A stretch of 32,000 nucleotides of DNA from Sedimentisphaera cyanobacteriorum (GTDB lineage: Bacteria > Planctomycetota > Phycisphaerae > Sedimentisphaerales > Sedimentisphaeraceae), in the NCBI RefSeq assembly GCF_001997385.1, contig NZ_CP019633.1:570001-602000 (forward strand), read 5' to 3'. The position numbers and the translations under genes were made by a program. A model generated the notes under the pieces. That model saw only the letters and a list, made by a program, of their open reading frames with translations. It had not been told where the DNA came from and did not search any database. How positions within the stretch are numbered: the stretch's first letter is position 1; each line of letters opens with the position of its first letter. Positions 24,899 through 32,000 of the stretch are shown here, piece after piece.

Positions 24899-25447
24899 TT
24901 GAAAGCGGAGATTCAAAAAAATACTGATATGCATACTGGCGAGAAGTTTACAGACCTTCTCACCGGGAACCAGAGACAAATTCACGCTTACATAATAAGC
25001 CTTGTAGGTAATTTTAATGATTCTGAAGATATCCTTCAGGAAACCACTAAAGAAATGTGGCAGAAGTTTGAAGATTACAAACTGGGTACAAATTTTCTTG
25101 CATGGGGCAAGAAGATTGCCTACTACAAGGTTCTGGAGTACAGAAATAGAAATAAAAGGAAGAAGTTCGTATTCGACGACTACATACTCCAGCAGATAAG
25201 CAGAGAATCTGCCTCTGAGCTCAAGGACACAAACGCATATACTATGTTTCTTGAGGACTGTATCAAAAAGCTCAGGGAGTCGGATTTGAGTCTCGTTAAA
25301 TCTTTGTATGTAGAGCAGAAAACTGTTAAACAGCTCTGCGCGAGCCTAAACCGTTCTCATCAGAGCATCTACAGAAGCCTTGGGAGAATTCTGAACCTGT
25401 TAAGACAGTGCATTATCAGGGCATCAATGAGGGCAGGAAATGAATAG
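24899..25447 (+). CDS. ECF (group 4) RNA polymerase sigma factor
   Basis: 182 aa with region 2 (SEDILQETTKEMWQKFEDY...FLAWGKKIAYYKVLEY) and a region 4 HTH (TVKQLCASLNRSHQSIYRSLGRI). The start is uncertain: TTG at 24899 with GGGA upstream, or ATG at 24929. Confidence 0.85.
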   Translation: MKAEIQKNTDMHTGEKFTDLLTGNQRQIHAYIISLVGNFNDSEDILQETTKEMWQKFEDYKLGTNFLAWGKKIAYYKVLEYRNRNKRKKFVFDDYILQQISRESASELKDTNAYTMFLEDCIKKLRESDLSLVKSLYVEQKTVKQLCASLNRSHQSIYRSLGRILNLLRQCIIRASMRAGNE

Positions 25448-27170
25448 ACAAACAATATTAGAATTTAGAAGCCTGTGCATTAAGCTTTTCGACGGGTCGC
25501 TTGAAGAACATGAGAGTCAGAGGCTTAATGAGCTTATGTATCACCCTGGGCTTAGAAAGGTCTATTTCGGGCTTGTTAAGGTTAACCTTTCTCTTAAATT
25601 TGCCGGCGAATGCTGCCGCGAGTCTTCAGACCTATTGAATGAAGAAACCTTTGTTGAGCAGGTATGGGAGAGCCTTGCTGCAGAGGAGAAAAATGCAGAG
25701 CCTGTGCAGAGGTTTGAATCTATAGAAGAATCTCCCAGAAGAGTAAACAAGAAGGTTTATCAGCAAAAACAGCCAAGACAAATCAGCAAATTCAATCTCT
25801 ATTCGGCGCTGACCGGGGTTGCAGCTCTGATTTTTATCTTCATTTTTGCCAGCATCTCACCGGACAGAACAGCTGTAAAAGCTGCAGCGGTAAGAGATGC
25901 CCTCAATGCCGAGTTTGCAGATGATTCTGAAAGCTATTCTCAAGGCCAGAGCATATGGGCAGGTGAAACTGTAAGGATTTCCGAAGGCTTTATTGAGTTT
26001 GAAACAGCCCGCAATGTCCTTATAACGGTTGAAGCACCTGCTGAGTTTGAATTCAATAAGCAGGACGATATGCAGCTTGAATATGGGCAGGTTTATGCAA
26101 ATGTAGGCGAGAATGGAATCGGCTTTACTGTGCATACCGACAATATGCGGCTAATCGACCTTGGAACTGAGTTCGGCGTTTACAGAGACAAAAAAGGCTG
26201 GACAGAGGTTCATATGATAAACGGCGAAGCGGCTCTTGTGGCAGGCGGGTCTTGGTTTAAGAAAACCAAACAGCAGCTGTTCAAAGGACAGGCAAGAGGT
26301 GTTTCAAGCAACGGCACCAGTGTAGAAGAGCTCGATTCTGAACCTGAAAAATTCGCACGATACATAAACTCAGACCACAAGTCTGTATGGAGAGGGCAGA
26401 AGGCATTAGATCTTGCCGATATTGTAGGCGGCGGCAACGGCCTTGGCAGCGGCGAGTACAAATCCGGTATCAATACCGCTTCCGGCGAATATACTACCGA
26501 TATCAACAGGCTTAATTCGCTTAAGTTTTCAAATGGTCAAGGGTATTTGAACGTAGATTCTCTTTCATTTGTTGACGGTGTGTTTATTCCCGACGGCGAG
26601 TTTGGAGCAGTCCAGGTTACCAGCGAAGGTCATACATTCAGCGGGGTATCAGACACAGAGGGCAAATACTGGATAGGGCTTCTTAACGGTGCGTACCATC
26701 CGAGGCTGCAGGATGTTCTCCCGCATACATTAACTCTGCAGGGGGTAAAGCAGAGCTATCCTGAGAATTCTGCTTTGTTTATACATCCCAATCAGGGCAT
26801 TACATTCGATCTTGATAAGATTGAGCAGGTTGTTCAGGGTAAAGAATTTAGCAGATTTACTGCTGAATTCGGCCTTTCAGACAGCGTGTTTGACAATGAT
26901 AATTTCGTTGTGCCTCTGAATAATTTTGAGGTCTTTGAGGAAGGCCAGCTCAATTGCGATTTGCAGGTTCTTGTTGATGGTCAGCTTCGGTTCGAGAAGA
27001 GCAATCAGTCTCCGTCCCAAAAGCCGAGCAGGGTAGATCTTACCTTAAAGCCTGAAGACCGTTTCCTAACACTTATCGTTACTATTCCAATAGAAGACAA
27101 TCTGCCTGAGGCAGGTTTTGTATGGGCATTTATGAAAGACCCCCAGCTGCATGTTTGGGGCAATGAATAG
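25440..27170 (+). CDS. FecR-type transmembrane anti-sigma factor with an extended C-terminal extracytoplasmic domain
   Basis: 576 aa. It overlaps the sigma gene by 8 nt. It has a short cytoplasmic N-domain, one TM helix (LYSALTGVAALIFIFIFASI), a FecR-like segment (about aa 160-270, ...FTVHTDNMRLIDLGTEFGV...) and then about 300 aa of unassigned sequence. Confidence 0.8.
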   Translation: MNRQTILEFRSLCIKLFDGSLEEHESQRLNELMYHPGLRKVYFGLVKVNLSLKFAGECCRESSDLLNEETFVEQVWESLAAEEKNAEPVQRFESIEESPRRVNKKVYQQKQPRQISKFNLYSALTGVAALIFIFIFASISPDRTAVKAAAVRDALNAEFADDSESYSQGQSIWAGETVRISEGFIEFETARNVLITVEAPAEFEFNKQDDMQLEYGQVYANVGENGIGFTVHTDNMRLIDLGTEFGVYRDKKGWTEVHMINGEAALVAGGSWFKKTKQQLFKGQARGVSSNGTSVEELDSEPEKFARYINSDHKSVWRGQKALDLADIVGGGNGLGSGEYKSGINTASGEYTTDINRLNSLKFSNGQGYLNVDSLSFVDGVFIPDGEFGAVQVTSEGHTFSGVSDTEGKYWIGLLNGAYHPRLQDVLPHTLTLQGVKQSYPENSALFIHPNQGITFDLDKIEQVVQGKEFSRFTAEFGLSDSVFDNDNFVVPLNNFEVFEEGQLNCDLQVLVDGQLRFEKSNQSPSQKPSRVDLTLKPEDRFLTLIVTIPIEDNLPEAGFVWAFMKDPQLHVWGNE

Positions 27171-27216
27171 CAGTATCTGCAGTTATGAAAAAGTTAATAT
27201 ACAACAATAAAAGAGG

Positions 27217-28035
27217 ATGAAAATGAATTCTAGAAAAAAGGCTTTCACACTTATAGAGCTTCTGGTTGTTATTTCAATCATAGCTCTTTTAATGGCAATA
27301 CTTATGCCTGCTTTGAGCAAGGCAAGGGAGCAGGGAAAGAGGATGCTCTGCGCTAATAATCTAAAACAGTGCGCTCTTGCCGCTCAGATTTATTCTCAGC
27401 AGAACAGGGGTGTATATCCGCTTCAGGCAACCACTGAATGGGCGTGGGATATTTCCTACTGGACAACCGACCTGATTATCGAAAGCGGTGCTGAGCCGGA
27501 TATATTCTACTGTCCGTCAAACACAAAGATGTCTGCCGACAAGGACAGATACTGGAGATTTGCTGAGATCTTCCCGGAAGCACCAAGCACAAGCCTTGAC
27601 AGGGAAGAGCCGGATACCCTTTTTCACAGAAGAAATCTTTACAGGGTCTCTTCTTATTTCTGGCTTTTCGACAGCTACGACGTTCTAAACGATAAGGATG
27701 CCGGCAGGCCAGACTTGGAGGGAAGACCTACAACCGACTGGCTCGTTAAATCTCAGGACGTGGAAAATCCGGCTGAGAGAAAAATGATTGCAGATGCTGT
27801 GTTCAAGCAGAATGAGCTTTATACCCAGATAAAAGGCGGCAATTGGGACGGCTGGAAGAAGACTGACAGGACAAACCACGTTGACGGCAGCGGCGATCTC
27901 AACGGCTCAAATGCGGCTTTCGCTGACGGTCATGTCGAATGGCTTGGCGAAGAAGAACTTGAAAACCCAGACGGTACCGACAGAGTTCGCCTTAGAGTTG
28001 GCGGTTCCGGCGGTACTGTAGAGCAGATTTGGTAA
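27217..28035 (+). CDS. Prepilin-type N-terminal cleavage/methylation domain protein (pseudopilin-like, PVC H-X9-DG-like family)
   Basis: Class III signal [27 protein letters not shown]. The C-terminal ...[12 protein letters not shown] resembles the H-X9-DG / DUF1559-type tail. The second ATG at 27223 has better spacing from AGAGGA and may be the true start. Confidence 0.85.
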   Translation: MKMNSRKKAFTLIELLVVISIIALLMAILMPALSKAREQGKRMLCANNLKQCALAAQIYSQQNRGVYPLQATTEWAWDISYWTTDLIIESGAEPDIFYCPSNTKMSADKDRYWRFAEIFPEAPSTSLDREEPDTLFHRRNLYRVSSYFWLFDSYDVLNDKDAGRPDLEGRPTTDWLVKSQDVENPAERKMIADAVFKQNELYTQIKGGNWDGWKKTDRTNHVDGSGDLNGSNAAFADGHVEWLGEEELENPDGTDRVRLRVGGSGGTVEQIW

Positions 28036-28129
28036 TTTTAATTTAATTTAATCTAATCAGTAAACAGCAGACTATTATTTTCTGTGTGTTGAAATTCTAT
28101 TTTAATACTAATTTTTAAGGAGATTCATT

Positions 28130-30523
28130 ATGAAAAGAAGCTTGCTTCTAACAATGTTTCTTGCGGCGCAAATGTTTATTTTGCAGTCGCTTGCGGTAGG
28201 CGGGACAGTTGCCTACTGGCGATTTGAAGGCGGAACGGCGGATGGAGATCCCATCCTGCATGGTGAAGTACCCGACGGCCAATTCTATCCAGGCGTAATG
28301 GACAGTTCCGGAAACGGCAATGCCCTTACTGTGTGGAATGAAGGTGCCCACATCTACAGCACAGCAGTTGGCTACAGCGAAGTTCCCCAGACAGGGGCTG
28401 CTAATCAGTTTAGTGCGAAGAACAATAACGGTTCCCCTGGAATGTGGACTGAGACCGGCTCTCAAATCAGCAATATGAGTCCGGCTGAGTTTACAATTGA
28501 GGCAACTGTAAGGCTGGAGAACGGCGGTTATCGCTGTATAGTCGGTAGAGACAGTTACGGCACTTCGCCGCACAACCCGGACCTTGCAGCGCTTTATCTT
28601 CAGGCTACTCCCGATAATGGCCTTGCGATAAAATTCTGTGATGTTCAGGGTTTTTGGCATGATGCTATTTCAGAAACCGGGGTTATTGAAACCTACGACT
28701 GGGGAACAAATCCCTCTGGTGCCGGAACTCCGTTTTACAGCATCGCAGCAGTAAGCGACGGCGAATTTCTCTCACTTTATCTCTACAGCCACGACAATCC
28801 CGAAGAAGGCTACAGGCTTATTGCTCAGGAGAATATGCTCGAAGAAACAGAAAGCACAAACACCGCCCTTACAGCTGGCGCCGGAGACGGCGGAGACTGG
28901 GACGCAGGCAACTGGACAGTAACAAGAGGGCTTTACGCAGGAGGCCATGGAGACCGTGCTTGGGGTTTTGTTGATGAGGTAAGAATCAGCGATTCTGCCC
29001 TTAGAGTAACAGATCTGCTCCAAGGCCCAACCCCTTACAATGGTGATGTTGCTCAGCAGTCTGACCCAGCCAACGGCGATGTTGACGTTTCGTTCAACTG
29101 GGACGCACCGGGCGAGGATGCCTCCGGAGACGGCTCGAATGCCGTTGAGCCGGATCTTGTAGATCAGTACGTGTTTATAAGCTCAGGCACTGAAGGAAAT
29201 TCTGAGCTCTATTACGCAGGCGCTACCGGAATAGACCCGGGTACAGAAGACCCGGCATCTTCATTCGGTCCTGTTGATCTAAACTACGACAGCACTTATC
29301 AGTGGGCAGTTGTAGGCGTTATGGACGGATACGAGCAGAGCCTCACCCCGGGCGTAAGCACACTTGCAGATGCAGACCCGAACAACAACATTCACGGCCC
29401 GGTCTGGGAGTTTGAGTCTATGGCTTCTGTTCCGATTATTGAGGAAGACCCGGAATACGATGCTGCAGCAGAAGGCGATAATGCTTCGCTCAGTGTTGAA
29501 GCTACCAGTGTTACAACACCTTCATTCCAATGGTACAAGTCTGATGATCAGGCAAATGATACGCTTGATGATGATAATGCTGTAGGCGACCCAGACGTTA
29601 CTCTCGAAGTTACTCAGGACGGCGAAAGCTACACCTGCACAATGACAGTGCCCGCTGCAGCCTTCGCAGATGAAGGCTATTACTACTGCGAGGTTACCAA
29701 CGAAAGCGCTGCCTCAGCTGTGTCTCAGGCCGGTCAGATTGAAATCGAGAAACTCGTCAACTGGTATGAATTTGAGAACAACATTATGGATTCTCAGGGC
29801 ACTAACCACGGCGTTTCAATGAGGACAGATCCAAACGCTCCGTTCGATTATGCCTCAGGTATGGTAGGACAGGCTATCTCTCTCAATGCTGACGGCGTTG
29901 GCGATTCATTCGAAATCGATCAGTCTGTAAAGGCTAACTTCACAATAGAAATGTGGGTTAAGACAACAGGCGATTCTCCGGGAACCGACGGCTGGTACAA
30001 CGGCTTAGGTCTCGTTGACGGCGAGCTGCCAGGAAAAGTTGATGATATGGGTACAGCCCTGCTTGACGGCAAATTTGCTCTTGGAATTGGTGACTACGAC
30101 GCAGAGATGCAGATGACGCTTAAGTCTGAATCAGACATCAACGACGACAGCTGGCATTACTGCGTTGCAACACGCAACTATGAATCAGGCGATATGAAGG
30201 TTTATGTTGACGGCGTGCTCGAGGCCTCTTTAAGCGGAGCCACAGGCCTGAAAGATGAACCTCAAACACTTAGAATCGGCGCATTGCATACCGGTATGAA
30301 TTTCTTCCCGGGCCTTATCGATGAGCTCAAGCTATACAACTACGAGCTTTCTGAGGTAGAAATTGCTGATAACTACACCTCTCTGACTGGCGAGTCTGTT
30401 TGCCTTACCTCTCAAGCACCTGATAAAGACCTTGATGTAAATAATGACTGCCGGATTGATATGGCGGATTTTGCCGGTTTGGCAGCAGAATGGCTCACAA
30501 GCGGGCTTTTCCCTGTTGAGTAA
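28130..30523 (+). CDS. Secreted LamG-domain protein, paralogue A (LamG / FN3-like / Ig-like / LamG / dockerin-like tail)
   Basis: 797 aa. Signal peptide MKRSLLLTMFLAAQMFILQSLAVG. N-terminal LamG-like jelly roll (VAYWRFEGG...DEVRISDSAL). An Ig I-set-like segment (PSFQWYKSDD...EGYYYCEVTNES). A second LamG (NWYEFENN...IDELKLYNYELS). The C-terminal DVNNDCRIDMADFAGLAAEWL fits the dockerin/EF-hand loop consensus. AAGGAG Shine-Dalgarno. Confidence 0.8.
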   Translation: MKRSLLLTMFLAAQMFILQSLAVGGTVAYWRFEGGTADGDPILHGEVPDGQFYPGVMDSSGNGNALTVWNEGAHIYSTAVGYSEVPQTGAANQFSAKNNNGSPGMWTETGSQISNMSPAEFTIEATVRLENGGYRCIVGRDSYGTSPHNPDLAALYLQATPDNGLAIKFCDVQGFWHDAISETGVIETYDWGTNPSGAGTPFYSIAAVSDGEFLSLYLYSHDNPEEGYRLIAQENMLEETESTNTALTAGAGDGGDWDAGNWTVTRGLYAGGHGDRAWGFVDEVRISDSALRVTDLLQGPTPYNGDVAQQSDPANGDVDVSFNWDAPGEDASGDGSNAVEPDLVDQYVFISSGTEGNSELYYAGATGIDPGTEDPASSFGPVDLNYDSTYQWAVVGVMDGYEQSLTPGVSTLADADPNNNIHGPVWEFESMASVPIIEEDPEYDAAAEGDNASLSVEATSVTTPSFQWYKSDDQANDTLDDDNAVGDPDVTLEVTQDGESYTCTMTVPAAAFADEGYYYCEVTNESAASAVSQAGQIEIEKLVNWYEFENNIMDSQGTNHGVSMRTDPNAPFDYASGMVGQAISLNADGVGDSFEIDQSVKANFTIEMWVKTTGDSPGTDGWYNGLGLVDGELPGKVDDMGTALLDGKFALGIGDYDAEMQMTLKSESDINDDSWHYCVATRNYESGDMKVYVDGVLEASLSGATGLKDEPQTLRIGALHTGMNFFPGLIDELKLYNYELSEVEIADNYTSLTGESVCLTSQAPDKDLDVNNDCRIDMADFAGLAAEWLTSGLFPVE
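28973..29413 (+). repeat. High-identity tract shared by the two LamG paralogues (copy in A)
   Basis: It starts with a 92-bp perfect match (28973-29064 = 31454-31545) and is about 90% identical overall by eye. The flanking N-terminal LamG-coding DNA is only about 65-75% identical. Confidence 0.85.
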
Positions 30524-30610
30524 TGGTGTTTGATTTTGAATGATAATGTTAGAAAGCCTGCAGGCGAGATCTAATATCCGCCGCAGGCAATAACAATAAG
30601 GAGATTAACT

Positions 30611-32000
30611 ATGAGTAAAAAATTACTTTTAACAGCATTTTTTGCGGCGCAGATATTCCTTCTGCAGTCGCTGGCGGTAGGCGATACTGTAGCTTACTGG
30701 CGTTTTGAAGATGGAATTGCAGATGCCCAGGTGCTGCATGGCGCAGGCGAGGGCCAATTCGCTGCGGATATCCCAGATTCATCAGGAAACGGAAATGCCC
30801 TTTCCGTATGGAATGAAACATTCGCGGGATATGGCTTCAGAAGCGAAGTTGGCTATGATACCGTACCGTACACAGGGCAGGCAAACAACTTAAGTGTTAA
30901 AAATACAGGCGGCTTACCTGGCATGTTCACTGAAACCGGCTCGCAGATAAGCACAATTGAGCCTGCTCAGTTTACGATTGAGGCAACCTTCAAACTTGAA
31001 AACGGTGATTACCGCGGAATTATCGGCAGAGACAGCCAAGGCAGCGTAACAGGAGATGCTGCACTTTCAGCCCTGTATTTTCAGGCTCTACCGAACAACG
31101 GCGTTGCTGTAAAATTCTGCGATGTTCAGGGCTACTGGCACGATGCAATTTCTGAGGGCGGATTGATAGAAACTTATGATTTCGGCACTAACCCCTCCGG
31201 TGCAGGTGTTCCGTTCTACAGCATGGCAGCAGTGAGCGACGGCGAGCTGCTCTCGCTCTACCTCTACAATCACGATAAGCCCGAAGAAGGCTACAAGCTC
31301 GTTGCTCAGGAAGATATGCTCCAAGAAACAGACAGCACAAATACTGCTCTCACATCCGGTACTGGAGACGGCGGAGACTGGGACGCAGGCAACTGGAGTG
31401 TAGGAAGGGCCATGTTCGACGGCGGCCACGCAGACCGCGCTTGGGGCTACATTGATGAGGTAAGAATCAGCGATTCTGCCCTTAGAGTAACAGATCTGCT
31501 CCAAGGCCCAACCCCTTACAATGGTGATGTTGCTCAGCAGTCTGATCCAGCCAACGGCGATGTTGACGTTACATTCAGCTGGGACGCACCGGGCGAGGAT
31601 GCCTCTGGGGACGGCTCTAATGCCGTTGAGCCGGATCTTGTAGATCAGTACGTATTTATAAGCTCAGGCGATGAAGAAGATACCGAGCTGTATTACGCAG
31701 GCGCAACCGGCGCTGACCCGGGCACAGATAATCCGGCATCTTCATTCGGACCTGTTGACCTCAACTACGACAGTTCGTATCTGTGGGCAGTTGTAGGCGT
31801 TATGGACGGCTACGAGCAGAGCCTCACTCCGGGCGTAAGCACACTTGCAGATGCAGACCCGAACAACAACATTCACGGCCCTGTTTGGGAGTTTGATGCG
31901 ATGGCATCTGTTCCTGTAATAGACGAAGATCCTGTTTACGATATAGTTCCAGACGGCGGCGACGCTTCGTTAACCGTTGAGGTTACGAGCGTTACAATGC
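30611..32000 (+). CDS. Secreted LamG-domain protein, paralogue B (3' end beyond the window)
   Basis: The frame is open from ATG 30611 to the window edge (more than 463 codons), so it is absent from the ORF track. My translation MSKKLLLTAFFAAQIFLLQSLAVGDTVAYWRFEDG... is colinear with paralogue A. It has the same AAGGAGATT Shine-Dalgarno context. Confidence 0.8.
   Translation, partial: MSKKLLLTAFFAAQIFLLQSLAVGDTVAYWRFEDGIADAQVLHGAGEGQFAADIPDSSGNGNALSVWNETFAGYGFRSEVGYDTVPYTGQANNLSVKNTGGLPGMFTETGSQISTIEPAQFTIEATFKLENGDYRGIIGRDSQGSVTGDAALSALYFQALPNNGVAVKFCDVQGYWHDAISEGGLIETYDFGTNPSGAGVPFYSMAAVSDGELLSLYLYNHDKPEEGYKLVAQEDMLQETDSTNTALTSGTGDGGDWDAGNWSVGRAMFDGGHADRAWGYIDEVRISDSALRVTDLLQGPTPYNGDVAQQSDPANGDVDVTFSWDAPGEDASGDGSNAVEPDLVDQYVFISSGDEEDTELYYAGATGADPGTDNPASSFGPVDLNYDSSYLWAVVGVMDGYEQSLTPGVSTLADADPNNNIHGPVWEFDAMASVPVIDEDPVYDIVPDGGDASLTVEVTSVTM
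31454..31894 (+). repeat. High-identity tract shared by the two LamG paralogues (copy in B)
   Basis: Counterpart of 28973-29413 at a constant offset of 2481 bp. Confidence 0.85.

Noticed and set aside
24840-24900. Possible autoregulatory ECF promoter (TCGTAA at 24866-24871, TGAAAC at 24873-24878) upstream of the sigma gene
   Set aside because: The two elements are in the wrong order and spacing for a -35 GAAC / -10 CGT-type ECF promoter. I found no partner motif at 16-17 nt.
28772-31504. Twin minus-strand ORFs both starting MEQICYSKGRIADSYLIN (28772-29023 and 31088-31504)
   Set aside because: The shared N-terminus maps exactly onto the 92-bp identical tract of the LamG paralogues. They diverge elsewhere and are antisense to well-supported secreted-protein genes.
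1-32000. Search for CRISPR arrays, rRNA, integrase/att sites at the tRNA, toxin-antitoxin pairs or known defence genes
   Set aside because: I saw no regularly spaced short repeats, no rRNA-like sequence, no integrase next to tRNA-Gln and no recognisable defence or TA domains. The only repeats found are the IS-associated and paralogue-associated ones listed above.

Overview
This is a gene-dense 32-kb chromosomal window, mid-40s % GC by eye, with two apparently intact insertion sequences. The gene content suggests a PVC-superphylum anaerobe (Phycisphaerae/Lentisphaerae/Kiritimatiellae-like). That call rests on prepilin-type proteins with an FADGHV tail, LamG exoproteins ending in a dockerin-like Ca loop, an ECF sigma/FecR pair and PFOR, and it is inference only. 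Left to right: (1) nifJ-type pyruvate:ferredoxin oxidoreductase (-). (2) An exported cupin lipoprotein (-). (3) An IS1634-family IS (4979-6851) with 16-bp terminal inverted repeats and a perfect 52-bp target duplication that copies a terminator. (4) A five-gene 2-keto-3-deoxygluconate/hexuronate operon: IclR regulator, kduD, kdgK, eda, kduI (-). (5) Class II photolyase (-). (6) tRNA-Gln(CUG) (-). (7) A nucleotidyltransferase-like gene translationally coupled to a 67-aa Cys-rich ORF, followed by two tandem 620-aa Na+/solute symporter paralogues (+). (8) prfA and rpmE (-). (9) A compact GspC/PilP-like + secretin + PilT operon (-). (10) An IS30-family IS (23397-24687) in the divergent intergenic region. 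(11) An ECF sigma / FecR anti-sigma / prepilin-like protein / two tandem LamG-Ig-LamG exoprotein cluster (+), with the last gene running off the window. I saw no rRNA, CRISPR array or obvious defence or toxin genes. The best candidate for an undescribed system is the sigma/anti-sigma/pseudopilin/LamG cassette together with the back-to-back secretin-PilT operon. Secondary candidates are the nucleotidyltransferase/mini-protein/twin-symporter locus and the gene-conversion-like mosaic in the LamG paralogues. All identities and counts are by-eye estimates; no database search was possible.
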